The notes under the pieces were generated by a model that was given only the letters and a program-made list of their open reading frames with translations, did no database searches and was not told the origin of the DNA. From NCBI GenBank assembly GCA_963663545.1, contig OY760505.1:2304001-2368000 (forward strand): DNA of 64,000 bases. Reading direction: 5' to 3'. The DNA is from Candidatus Delongbacteria bacterium (GTDB lineage Bacteria > CAIWAD01). Both the position numbers and the translations under genes were made by a program. Shown in pieces: positions 54,749 through 64,000 of this stretch (the first letter of the stretch is position 1; every line of letters starts with the position of its first letter).

Positions 54749-55774
54749 ATGAGTGTGTTACAACCGGTGCGGCGTCGCATTGTCCTGCTGGCCGATGGCA
54801 TGTGGGGCGTGCGTGCGCTTGAACATCTGCTCTTGCATCACGAAGTCGTGCTTCTGTGCGGACGGATTCAACCGACCTGTCGCGAGCTGGAAGATCTGGC
54901 GCGACAGCGTGGCCTTGATCTTCAAGTGCCGGATAACATCAACTCAACGCACTGGTTGTCCGTGATACAAGGACGGCGTGCAGATCTGATTCTGTCGGTT
55001 TCCTACGACCAGATTTTCCGCTCACGCTTTCTGCGTGATGCAGGCGCTCCCATCATCAATGTGCACGCTGGAAATCCCGAGAGATATCGTGGGCGTGCCA
55101 TTCTATGCTGGCAACTCCTGGAGGGAGCGCGCGAGGCTGATCTGTGTGCGGTTCGGGTGGGCGCAGGAATCGACGAGGGTCAGGTACTGGTGCAAAAGAG
55201 TGTTTCGCTTTCAGGTGATGAGACCTATGGCGAGGCGCTCGATCTAGTGTGCGACGCCATTCCCGGCTTGCTCGACGAGGTGCTGGAACAACTTCCTTGG
55301 TTGAATTCTTTCTCTTGTGATACAGAGCTGGGCGAAGAAGTGCGTCCTGTCTACTATCCGCGCCGTCGTGCCGGTGATGAATGGCTGGACTGGGAGCGCA
55401 GTTCTGCCGAGCTTCTGCGTCAAATCCGAGCCCTTGCCCCGCCAAATCCCTGTGCTGCAACAACGCTTGAGGACGAGGAAATCCGCATCGGATTGGCCTC
55501 TGCCTGTGATGGCTTTCCCCCTGCTGCGGGAATTCCGGGATCGGTTGTGGGCATGGATTCACAACTTGGGCTACTGGTGAAAACCGGTGACACAGCACTG
55601 TGGATTCGTGGCCTGCGGACTAGTGCTGGTGAAGCGCTGGATCACACCACCTTTCACTTGTCAAGTCGCTTCGGATTCCAGAAACACGCTGAACTCAATC
55701 GGCTGCGGCGAAGAGTCTTTGATATTGAACGTCGCTTGAATGCCCTTGTCGAGAGTCGGGAGGCGGAAGCGTGA
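54749..55774 (+). CDS. Sugar N-formyltransferase (Fmt-like)
   Basis: SVSYDQIF, INVHAG..RYRG, IDEG, IRALAPPNP.A, KTGD. Confidence 0.8.
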   Translation: MSVLQPVRRRIVLLADGMWGVRALEHLLLHHEVVLLCGRIQPTCRELEDLARQRGLDLQVPDNINSTHWLSVIQGRRADLILSVSYDQIFRSRFLRDAGAPIINVHAGNPERYRGRAILCWQLLEGAREADLCAVRVGAGIDEGQVLVQKSVSLSGDETYGEALDLVCDAIPGLLDEVLEQLPWLNSFSCDTELGEEVRPVYYPRRRAGDEWLDWERSSAELLRQIRALAPPNPCAATTLEDEEIRIGLASACDGFPPAAGIPGSVVGMDSQLGLLVKTGDTALWIRGLRTSAGEALDHTTFHLSSRFGFQKHAELNRLRRRVFDIERRLNALVESREAEA

Positions 55775-56448
55775 GGCTGCATGCGCTGATTCCTGCGCGC
55801 GCCGGATCGCGCCGCTTGCCGGGCAAGAACATGCGGTTCTTTGCCGGTCGGCGCTTGATCGATTGGACCCTCGCGGCGGCCAGCGAGAGCGGCTGCTGTG
55901 AACGCATCTGCGTAAGCACTGACGATCCGCTCATTTTGTCTCACGCCATCGAAAGCGGCTGTGACCCAATGCCATTGCGCCCGGCAGAATTGGCCAGTGA
56001 CAGCGCGAGTTCCTTGGCTGTTGTGCTGCATTATCTGCGTTGGCTGCAAAGCGAATCTGTGCCGGTACCGGATCGGCTTCTCCTGCTGCAACCTACCTCA
56101 CCCTTGCGTGATGCAAGTCAAATCCGGGACGCCGTCAACTATGCCGCGAAGTGCGGTAACACAGAGCTGGTGTCTGTGACACAACCTACCAAACCTTTGA
56201 GTTGGCTGAGGCGAGTTCACGCAGACACTCTTGGAGATTCCCCCTTCATAGACGAGGGCGAGGTTGTGCTGCTCAACGGCGCAATTTACCTGCTGGATTG
56301 CGCCCGCGTATTGAGCGAAGAACGCCTACTGGGTCCAAGTCCGCTTGCCTGGCGGATGCCCAGAGAGGTAAGTGTGGACATCGACGACCGGATGGACTGG
56401 GTGCTGGCCGAAGCGCTGGCCCGTGATCCGGGGGAGGAAGCCGCATGA
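55771..56448 (+). CDS. neuA: Acylneuraminate cytidylyltransferase (NeuA/LegF)
   Basis: IPARAGSRRLPGKN, VSTDD, RPAELASD, LQPTSPLR, NGAIY, SVDIDD. Confidence 0.93.
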   Translation: MRLHALIPARAGSRRLPGKNMRFFAGRRLIDWTLAAASESGCCERICVSTDDPLILSHAIESGCDPMPLRPAELASDSASSLAVVLHYLRWLQSESVPVPDRLLLLQPTSPLRDASQIRDAVNYAAKCGNTELVSVTQPTKPLSWLRRVHADTLGDSPFIDEGEVVLLNGAIYLLDCARVLSEERLLGPSPLAWRMPREVSVDIDDRMDWVLAEALARDPGEEAA

Positions 56449-57503
56449 AGAAGAGCATCAATCACTTGCTCGCTGAGGGGGGGCGCCCGTGGATCATCGC
56501 CGAGATTGGCGTGAATCACGACGGTCAACTTTCGCGTGCTATTGATCTGATCGCGCAAGCTGCAATCGCTGGAGCGGACGCCGTCAAGTTTCAAGCCTTT
56601 GACGCAGATCGTCTGGCTGGTGAAGAGGCGCCTCTTGCTGACTACCAGATCAGCAATATGGGATCAGGTACGAGCCAGCGTGAAATGCTGCGTAGACTGC
56701 AGTTTGGCATGGTGGAGTTGGCCGCTTGCCGTGCTGAGGCGGAGCGCTTGGGCTTGGCTTTCGGCTGCACGCCCTTTGACTTGACCAGTCTGGAAATGCT
56801 GGACCGTCTACAAGTGGACTTTATCAAGATCGGCTCTGGTGATGCAAACAACCTCGCCTTGATCGAGGCTGCTCGTGACACAGAGCGTCCCGTGGTCATT
56901 TCCACGGGAATGTGCGAGGCCAGCGAGGTGGATGAAATCGTACGCCGGTTTCAACGGAGTCCGGATCAGCTGGCGCTGCTGCATTGTGTATCAGCTTATC
57001 CTGCGCCGGAAAATGAGTGCAATATCCGCGTGCTCGATTGGCTGCGTACGCGATCGCCGTGGATCGGATTCTCGGATCACACCAATACACGACTGGCCTC
57101 AATCGCTGCTGTATCACGAGGTGCAATGATGATCGAGAAGCACCTGACCTGGAGCCGTGATGCCAGCGGTCCTGATCATGCTTGCAGTTGTGAGCCTTCT
57201 CAGTTTGCCGACTTCGTTGGCCTGCTCAGGCGGCTACCGGCTATTCTGGGCGATGGGCGCAAGCGCTCGATGCCAAGCGAAGAGAACGTGCGTCGTGTAG
57301 CACGAAAATCCGTGGTACTGGTACGCGATCTTCCCGCTGGTCATGTCATCGAAGAACGAGACTTGATGCTGACTAGGCCAGGTACGGGACTGCCACCTGT
57401 TCAATTGGGCCTGGTGGCCGGTCAGCGTTTGCGTCACAACATGCCTGCGGGCAGCCTGTTGCGCACCGAGGACCTGGATCATAGCGGGAGAAGCAGGGCA
57501 TGA
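56445..57503 (+). CDS. neuB: Nonulosonic acid synthase (NeuB/LegI) with SAF domain
   Basis: IIAEIGVNHDG, DAVKFQ, KIGSGD, LHCVSAYP, SDHT, IEKH. Confidence 0.93.
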   Translation: MKKSINHLLAEGGRPWIIAEIGVNHDGQLSRAIDLIAQAAIAGADAVKFQAFDADRLAGEEAPLADYQISNMGSGTSQREMLRRLQFGMVELAACRAEAERLGLAFGCTPFDLTSLEMLDRLQVDFIKIGSGDANNLALIEAARDTERPVVISTGMCEASEVDEIVRRFQRSPDQLALLHCVSAYPAPENECNIRVLDWLRTRSPWIGFSDHTNTRLASIAAVSRGAMMIEKHLTWSRDASGPDHACSCEPSQFADFVGLLRRLPAILGDGRKRSMPSEENVRRVARKSVVLVRDLPAGHVIEERDLMLTRPGTGLPPVQLGLVAGQRLRHNMPAGSLLRTEDLDHSGRSRA

Positions 57504-58669
57504 AGATCCTGGCGGTGACAGGCAGCAGATCGGACTTCGATTTGCTGGAACCCGTATTGCGCCTGCTGGAGCAAAGTGACCGTCACGATTTGACGGTCTT
57601 TGCGGGCTGCGCACATCTAGCGTCACGCTGGGGTGGAACCGTGTCACACATTCAGGGCTTCCGTCATGTGTTGAAGCGTCCAAGTCTGATTGATTGGGAC
57701 ACGCCTGAAGCTCGGTTGAAGAGCATGGGATTGCAGCTGATTGCATTGGCCCAGGACATCGGCGAGCTTCAACCCGATCTAGTGCTTGTGCTCGGTGATC
57801 GCGAAGATGCCCTGTTAGGAGCAACTGCTGCGCAGTATTCCTGGGTACCGGTGGCGCACATCTTTGGTGGTGATACAGGTTATCAAACTGTTGATGACTG
57901 CGTAAGACACGCCATCAGCCGCTTGTCAGCGCTGCACTTTGCCGCCTCGCACCAGAGCGCAAAGCGTCTTGTGGAAATGGGTGAGGAAGAGTGGCGCGTC
58001 CATTTCGCTGGTAACCCCGCTCTGGACCGCATTGTAACACATCGCTCGTGGAGAGCTGAGGAACTAGCCGATCGCTTCGGTATCAATCCAATGCGACCGG
58101 CGGTGCTGGTATGTCAGCACCCTGTGAGTCCTGATCCAGAAGAGAACGCACGGGAATTGAAACTCATTCTGCAGGCGCTGACCGCTTTCGACGTTGAGAT
58201 TCTGCTGAACACGCCCAACAGCGATCCGGGAAGTTCTGGCGCATTGAGTATCACAGCCGAAGCAGCAGGCGTTCACCTACTGAAGAACCTTCCGCAGCGA
58301 GATTGGGTGGCGCTCTTGAAGCACATCTCGCTGATGGTCGGCAACAGCAGTGCCGGTTTACTCGAATCAGCTTTTCTGGGTATTCCCGCAATCAATGTGG
58401 GTGCGCGTCAGCTCGGACGCGAGCACGCGGGGAATGTCGAGTTCGTTTCTGCCAAGGCAGATGAAATAGCACGAGCCATACAACGCGCGCTGGGCGATAA
58501 GAGCTACCGCGAAGAGGTCCGTCAGCTTGGATGTCCATTCGGCGACGGGCACGCGGCGGAACGTGTTCTGAAAGTGCTGGATGAGCTTGACCCGACGACA
58601 CTGTTACCTAAGCGACACCGGGACTATGTGTCACAAACTCATGGGGAGGGTGATGCGACGGCAGCTTGA
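57500..58669 (+). CDS. neuC: Hydrolysing NDP-sugar 2-epimerase (NeuC/LegG)
   Basis: VTGSRSDF, LGDRED, H..GGD, DD.VRHAISRLS, GNSSAG, G.RQ.GRE. Confidence 0.92.
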   Translation: MKILAVTGSRSDFDLLEPVLRLLEQSDRHDLTVFAGCAHLASRWGGTVSHIQGFRHVLKRPSLIDWDTPEARLKSMGLQLIALAQDIGELQPDLVLVLGDREDALLGATAAQYSWVPVAHIFGGDTGYQTVDDCVRHAISRLSALHFAASHQSAKRLVEMGEEEWRVHFAGNPALDRIVTHRSWRAEELADRFGINPMRPAVLVCQHPVSPDPEENARELKLILQALTAFDVEILLNTPNSDPGSSGALSITAEAAGVHLLKNLPQRDWVALLKHISLMVGNSSAGLLESAFLGIPAINVGARQLGREHAGNVEFVSAKADEIARAIQRALGDKSYREEVRQLGCPFGDGHAAERVLKVLDELDPTTLLPKRHRDYVSQTHGEGDATAA

Positions 58670-59762
58670 ACCCACCCATCTGATTCCGGCGCGAGCAACA
58701 CTTCGGCGCGCTGTGATACAGATCGATCGCAATCGTTGCGGCGCGGTGTGTGTCGTAGACGATCAAGATCACTTGCTAGGCATTCTAACCGATGGCGATA
58801 TCCGTCGCCAGGTGCTTCGGCAAGCGGACCTGGACAAGACACGTGTCGAAGATGTGATGCAGCGCAGACCGGTAACCGCCACCGAGGATTTCAGCCTCGC
58901 TCAGTTGCGGCATCTGATGAAGGCGCGCAGCATCCAGCAGATTCCCATCGTGGATCACGAAAACAGGATACTTGGGTTGTCATTGGCTGCGGACCTTGTG
59001 GCGGGGCCAGCACGAGGCAAGCGCGCCGTCGTCATGGCCGGAGGACGCGGAGTGCGTCTACGTCCGCTGACCCTGGAAAGGCCAAAACCCTTGTTGCCTG
59101 TTGGCGGGCGACCGCTCATTGAATTGATCATTGAGCGCATGGTCGCAAGTGGATTCACCGACATCGTTGTGACTACCGGCTACCGTAGCCGCATGATCGA
59201 GGATCATTTGCAGGATGGTAGTCACCTGGGTGCTTCCATCCGCTATCTGCAGGAAGAAGCACCGCGAGGTACAGCGGGAAGCCTTGCGGCACTTCCGGAA
59301 GACATGGTGGGAGATTTGCTGGTAATGAATGGCGATATCCTCACCACCCTTGAATTCAACGGGCTTTTGGATAGCCACCAAGCAGGCGGCTCCGATCTGA
59401 CGCTCGCTGTTCGTGAAGTCGAGCAGCACGTTGATTACGGTGTAGTACAAACGCAGGACGAATGGATCACGCGCATCGATGAGAAACCCCGCCGCACGAT
59501 GTTGGTGAACGCGGGCATCTATATCGTCGGGCCAAGGGCTCGTGCACTGGTTCCAGGGTCGGGGCGATTTGACATGACTGAATTAGTACGCTATTCGCTT
59601 GGGGAGCGGCTGCGTGTGCGCTCTTTCCCCCTGCGAGAATACTGGCTGGACATCGGCCGCATGGATGATTATGAACGAGCCAATCGCGATCTGGCTGACC
59701 AGAAGACGACGGGTATCGCCAAGGATATGGACCGGCAGCAGCCGGAAAGAGCACAGGTGTGA
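58653..59762 (+). CDS. CBS-domain nucleotidyltransferase (PtmE-like)
   Basis: LTDGDIRR CBS pair; MAGGRGVRLRPLT..RPKPLL; MNGDILT; YWLDIGR. Confidence 0.9.
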   Translation: MRRQLEPTHLIPARATLRRAVIQIDRNRCGAVCVVDDQDHLLGILTDGDIRRQVLRQADLDKTRVEDVMQRRPVTATEDFSLAQLRHLMKARSIQQIPIVDHENRILGLSLAADLVAGPARGKRAVVMAGGRGVRLRPLTLERPKPLLPVGGRPLIELIIERMVASGFTDIVVTTGYRSRMIEDHLQDGSHLGASIRYLQEEAPRGTAGSLAALPEDMVGDLLVMNGDILTTLEFNGLLDSHQAGGSDLTLAVREVEQHVDYGVVQTQDEWITRIDEKPRRTMLVNAGIYIVGPRARALVPGSGRFDMTELVRYSLGERLRVRSFPLREYWLDIGRMDDYERANRDLADQKTTGIAKDMDRQQPERAQV

Positions 59763-59766
59763 CAAC

Positions 59767-60930
59767 ATGATCAGGCTTAGTGAGCCGACCCTGTTGGGCA
59801 GGGAAATGCAGTATCTGGAAGAGTGCATTCAGAGTGGCTGGGTATCTGCCGAAGGCGGGTTCGTGCGCCGGCTCGAAGAAGAACTCGCTTCGTATCACGG
59901 ACGAGGAATGCTTGCGACGGCTACCAGTAGCGGAACTGCCGCTTTGCAGCTGGCGCTTCTCACAATGGGGCTGCGTCCGGGGGAGCTGGTAGTCGTTCCC
60001 GCCCTCAGCTTTCTGGCAACGGTAAATCCCGTGATACACATGGGTGGTGAGCCCGTAATTCTGGACGTCGAACCCGACAGTTTGGGTTTGTCGCCGGAAG
60101 CGCTACTTGATTACATCCGACGTGATACAATCCAGCGTGGTGGAGCTGTTTTTGACCGCACAACAGGCCGCCGCGTCTTCGGTGTCATAGCGGTGCACAT
60201 TTACGGCATTCCTTGTCGCATTGAAGAGCTGCGCAGTATCACGCGCGACTATGGGCTTGTACTGATCGAAGATAATGCAGAGGCGCTTGGTGCCACGGTG
60301 GGAACTACACCGACCGGTGGATTTGGTGATGCATCCATTATCTCTTTCAATGGAAACAAGGCGATCACTGGTGGTGGCGGCGGTATGTTGCTCTCGCGTC
60401 ATACGGGTGTTGTTACCGATGCTGCCTGCTGGGCGAATCACTGTCGGCCCAGCAGTGCCAGTGAACCAGAAGACTATGGCTTCAACCTGCGAATGAGCAA
60501 TCTCCAAGCTGCGGTTGCCTTGGCTCAGTTTGAGCAACGCGATCGGATTTTCGCAACACGCAGGCAACACCACGCCCACTACCGGCTCAAGCTGGAGCAA
60601 CAGGGATTACGTTTGCTGGAGGGATATCAGCAGGACAATGCCAGCTACTGGTTGCACGCAGTAATCTTCGATCAGCTTGTCAATCTGGATGCGTTGCGAA
60701 ATGAATTGGAACGGCGTGGCGTGCAGAGTCGACGCATGTTCAGACCGTTCCACAGAACACAAATCTACTCGCGCTTCAGTCGTGGAGAATGCCCCATTGC
60801 GGATCACGCCTATCAGAGTGTGCTTGCGCTACCCTCAAGCTCGCACTTGAAACTTGCCGACTTGGATGCAGTGTGTGACACGTTGAAGGGCGCACTGGAG
60901 ACGGCAGAAGTGCAGAAGGTTAGCGCATGA
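59767..60930 (+). CDS. DegT/DnrJ aminotransferase, LegC-like
   Basis: SSGTAAL, IEDNAEALG, SFNGNKAITGGGGG, GFNLRMSNLQAA. Confidence 0.9.
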   Translation: MIRLSEPTLLGREMQYLEECIQSGWVSAEGGFVRRLEEELASYHGRGMLATATSSGTAALQLALLTMGLRPGELVVVPALSFLATVNPVIHMGGEPVILDVEPDSLGLSPEALLDYIRRDTIQRGGAVFDRTTGRRVFGVIAVHIYGIPCRIEELRSITRDYGLVLIEDNAEALGATVGTTPTGGFGDASIISFNGNKAITGGGGGMLLSRHTGVVTDAACWANHCRPSSASEPEDYGFNLRMSNLQAAVALAQFEQRDRIFATRRQHHAHYRLKLEQQGLRLLEGYQQDNASYWLHAVIFDQLVNLDALRNELERRGVQSRRMFRPFHRTQIYSRFSRGECPIADHAYQSVLALPSSSHLKLADLDAVCDTLKGALETAEVQKVSA

Positions 60931-63900
60931 AAATTCTCATACCCGGGCTGAAGTACTGGCCCCTGCATCACGAGATTGAACACACGGTTGCGGAAGCCAT
61001 GCGCGCTGCCGGACACCAGGTTCTTTTCCTGGGGTGCAGCCCTGGTACTCTTCAGGGGTGCGAGTGTGTTGATCGTGCTGTGCGTGAACAAGCCGGAAGT
61101 CACCGTGCCTTCTGCGAACAGTGTGCTACGCGGCAAAAGGGTGTGCATCGCCGGGCGGGTTTCAGGGAGTTGTCGCTGCCGCTTGAGGAAGCGTTTGAAC
61201 AAGCTCTTGCATTACGACTCAGTGATACATCGATAGACGAGTTACTTACGAACACTATTTGTGGTGTCAACCTGCGTGAAATTCTGCTGCCTTCATTGCA
61301 CAGGTTCTCACGTAGCATGCGCCGTTTTGAAGAAACGGTCCACGAGGACGTGATACGTGAATACGCAGCAACGGCGCTTCGCATAGCACACCACTTGCCC
61401 AAAGTCTTGCGTGATCACGACATCAGCACGGTGTTCATGCTTAACGGATTGTTCTTCGCGGAGCGTGTGATTCAACTTGTAGCCCGGTCTGCGGGAGTAC
61501 GTGTTGTCAACTACGAGCGCGGACACATTCGTGATACTCTTGTGCTGAGTGATACAGAAGCAGCCTGCTTCCTGGAAAGCTCTAGAAGCCCTTCTTCGCT
61601 CGAACCACAGTGTCGAGATCTTCACTTGTTGGACGAATACCTGCGGGGGAGAAGCGAAAACCGTGATGCCAGTACGCATTTTGGCACTGGTCGTGACACA
61701 CAAGCACGTGACAAAGATGATCGTCCTCTGGTGGCTGTGTTTACCAATGTTTGCTGGGATAGCAGTGTCACAGCCCGAGGAAGCGGTTTCGGTGGTTATG
61801 AAGAGTGGCTTCAGGCCATCATCGAAATGTGTCGCCAACGTCCGAGCATTGACTTCTGTCTGCGCATACACCCCGGCGAAGCGCGCCTTGAGTACGATCT
61901 CACTCACGACCAAACCACGAGTTGGTTGCGGGAGCGCGGACTACCCTCCAACCTGGAGATCATTCCTCCTGAAAGCAGTCGATCCAGCTATGATCTGATG
62001 GATCAATCCGTCGCAGCCGTAGTCTACGTTTCCTCTGTGGGCTTGGAGATGGCTTGCCGGGGCGGACGTGTGATTTGCTGCGGAGACGTGCACTATGCAG
62101 GTCGAGGTTTTACTCGGGAAGTAGGTGATTTGGCCGCTTTGCTGGAGGAGGTTGATGCGGCTCTGGGTTGCCCAGATGACCAAGAGGTCTCCAATGCAGC
62201 GCGAGTCTATGCCGATGGTTTGTTTCTGGACCGTTGTTACCCCTTTCCTTGGGTCATTGAAACACGCTATGGCCATCCGCAGCGCATTTGTGGCCGTATC
62301 ACACCGAGTGTACTCAAACAAGATACCGCCTTGCAGCGCCTGATTGCCTACATCTGCAGTGGTGAGACGATGCCAGTGAGCTTGCGCGAATTGGTTGATC
62401 AGCCTTCTTTGTGTGCCCTTCCCTTCTCTTATGGGTCGCGGCCATGGCCACGGGAGCGCGTGGCTGTAATCATGCCTGCTTATCAACGTCCGGATCGTTT
62501 GCGACGTGCACTACTTGCGTGGAGCCGGCAAACGCTTGCGGCATCGCGCTTTCAGCTGATCATCATTGATGATGGATCACAGCCGCCACTTGTGGATGTG
62601 TTACAAGAGGTCGATGCCCTGACGCCTCATTTAAACATGCAGCTTGTGCAACTAGAGGAGAATGGCGGGCCTGCCCGTGCACGCAATGTGGGCATCGCCA
62701 CTGTGTTACAACAGGCGAACCCGGCGGAGCTTGTTCTCTTTGTCGGAGATGACATTGAACCAGCCGAAGATTGTCTGGAGCGACTACTACAGACGCGACG
62801 GGCATGGGGAAGCGAAAGCGTTGCCTTGCTCGGACAGGTTGATTGGCCTCGTGATCTACCTCGATCCCGGACAATGGACCTGGTGCAGCGTAACGGCATG
62901 CAGTTCGCCTTTGCTCAGCTACCCCCTCGTGCTATGCTGCCGGCAAACTACTTCTACACATGTCTTGTCGCTGTGCCAACCCAATGGCTGCGTGATACAG
63001 GTTGTGCCTTCAATGAGGGCTTTCCTTACGCTGCCTGGGAAGATGTGGAGTTTGCCTGCAGGCAGCAGGAGCTGGGCCTGAAACTCGCCTATGATGCCTC
63101 GGTTCGTGCGTATCACAATCATCCAATGGACTACGTCTCCTTCACCCGACGTCAGCGGAACGCAGGAGCCAGCGCACGCATGTTTGCACTGCTTACTCCA
63201 AAAGCCTGGGCGCGCATGGGGGTCAGCATTGCGGATACACCACCGGATTCGCGGCGAATTCTTGCCCTTGAGCGTGCTTTGCGCGAGTTGGAGAAGCTTG
63301 ATCTGCACGCTTTGGAAGGGCTTCCCGGCAGTGATGGCAGTTTGGCACGGCAGCTTTCACGAGAGCAGGATCGCCTGCTGGAAATGCTCTTTCGCATGTA
63401 TCACACGGTGGGATGGTACGAGGAGCCGCTCTTTCCTTCGACTGCGCCTGAGGCCGGGCTTCTTAGTGTGATCATTCCCGTGCTTGACAATGCGGTTCTT
63501 ACCCGGTCGTGTCTACAGACAGTGTTTGAATGCACTTCCGGCGCATTTGAAGTGATCGTTGTTGACAATGGTTCTGGTGGCGAAGTGGCAACCATGCTGC
63601 AAGAGTTTCCTCAGGTTCGCGTGATTCGCAATGAGGAGAACCTCGGCTTTGCACGTGCCAACAACCAAGCGGCGGCTGTAGCGCGCGGAGAGATCCTGGT
63701 GCTGTTGAACAACGATACCGAAGTGCTTGCAGGATGGGATTTACCCATTCGCGAGGAATTGGCATCACCCGTCGTTGGCGCCGTTGGCCTACGATTGCTC
63801 TATGGCAATCGACAAGTGCAGCATGCGGGCGTGGCCTTCAACGAGGAAGGCTTGCCGTGGCACATTCACCGTGGGTTGCCGGAACACCATCCAGCAGTAA

Positions 63901-64000
63901 ATGTGAGACTGCAGTTGCATGCCGTAACCGGTGCATGCTTGGGCGTGAGACGAGCCGACTACTATCGTCTTCACGGTCTGGATGAGAACTTTATCAACTG
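60927..64000 (+). CDS. Multidomain glycosyltransferase: Capsule_synth/KpsS-like domain + GT2 + GT2, truncated by the window end
   Basis: ATG overlaps the previous TGA; in-frame motifs NGLF..YERG, VFTNVCWD, LRIHPGE, VIMPAYQR...IIDDGS, VIIPVLD...VVDNGS, LLNNDT; the ORF track lists no closed ORF in this frame, implying no stop. Confidence 0.85.
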   Translation, partial: MKILIPGLKYWPLHHEIEHTVAEAMRAAGHQVLFLGCSPGTLQGCECVDRAVREQAGSHRAFCEQCATRQKGVHRRAGFRELSLPLEEAFEQALALRLSDTSIDELLTNTICGVNLREILLPSLHRFSRSMRRFEETVHEDVIREYAATALRIAHHLPKVLRDHDISTVFMLNGLFFAERVIQLVARSAGVRVVNYERGHIRDTLVLSDTEAACFLESSRSPSSLEPQCRDLHLLDEYLRGRSENRDASTHFGTGRDTQARDKDDRPLVAVFTNVCWDSSVTARGSGFGGYEEWLQAIIEMCRQRPSIDFCLRIHPGEARLEYDLTHDQTTSWLRERGLPSNLEIIPPESSRSSYDLMDQSVAAVVYVSSVGLEMACRGGRVICCGDVHYAGRGFTREVGDLAALLEEVDAALGCPDDQEVSNAARVYADGLFLDRCYPFPWVIETRYGHPQRICGRITPSVLKQDTALQRLIAYICSGETMPVSLRELVDQPSLCALPFSYGSRPWPRERVAVIMPAYQRPDRLRRALLAWSRQTLAASRFQLIIIDDGSQPPLVDVLQEVDALTPHLNMQLVQLEENGGPARARNVGIATVLQQANPAELVLFVGDDIEPAEDCLERLLQTRRAWGSESVALLGQVDWPRDLPRSRTMDLVQRNGMQFAFAQLPPRAMLPANYFYTCLVAVPTQWLRDTGCAFNEGFPYAAWEDVEFACRQQELGLKLAYDASVRAYHNHPMDYVSFTRRQRNAGASARMFALLTPKAWARMGVSIADTPPDSRRILALERALRELEKLDLHALEGLPGSDGSLARQLSREQDRLLEMLFRMYHTVGWYEEPLFPSTAPEAGLLSVIIPVLDNAVLTRSCLQTVFECTSGAFEVIVVDNGSGGEVATMLQEFPQVRVIRNEENLGFARANNQAAAVARGEILVLLNNDTEVLAGWDLPIREELASPVVGAVGLRLLYGNRQVQHAGVAFNEEGLPWHIHRGLPEHHPAVNVRLQLHAVTGACLGVRRADYYRLHGLDENFIN

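Larger units (their letters stand above)
20..63404. repeat. Dispersed, highly over-represented heptamer GTGATAC/GTATCAC (family GTRWYAC)
   Basis: About 110 exact copies by manual count (e.g. 20, 3113, 13014, 13481, 13910, 17281, 21811, 24732, 24882, 32110, 40012, 51343, 60031, 61531, 62992) plus dozens of GTGACAC, GTAACAC and GTAATAC variants. Confidence 0.9.

Noticed and set aside
20..63404. GTGATAC as Chi/KOPS, REP element or CRISPR repeat
   Set aside because: Only about 60:40 strand bias, mostly intragenic, 7-8 bp long and irregularly spaced

Overview
A gene-dense, roughly 58% GC (estimated by eye) chromosomal segment from a diderm, LPS-making bacterium. The protein families suggest an FCB-superphylum or candidate-phylum organism, but this is inference only. 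Left to right it holds: a TonB receptor-YfiR-CHASE8 sensor operon; a satD-DUF3307 pair bracketed by 46-bp inverted repeats; small accessory genes; an alpha-glucan locus (two GH57-type enzymes, a CBM20-like repeat protein, a MalE-MalF fusion, MalG, ROK kinase); an S8 protease; three histidine kinases; mutS2-dnaG; lptFG; a PTPS-II/sepiapterin-reductase-like pair; suhB; rnpB; recJ-nusB-lpxB-lpxK-nadB; and a sigma54-type promoter ahead of a legionaminic-acid-type cluster that ends in a large multi-glycosyltransferase running off the window. The strongest unexplained signal is the heptamer GTGATAC/GTATCAC (family GTRWYAC). I counted about 110 copies by hand against roughly 6-8 expected. It sits inside coding sequence in all frames and both orientations and is absent from several multi-kb blocks. 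No CRISPR array, tRNA, rRNA, transposase or integrase was seen. All counts and family calls are manual, from memory of motifs, not database searches.
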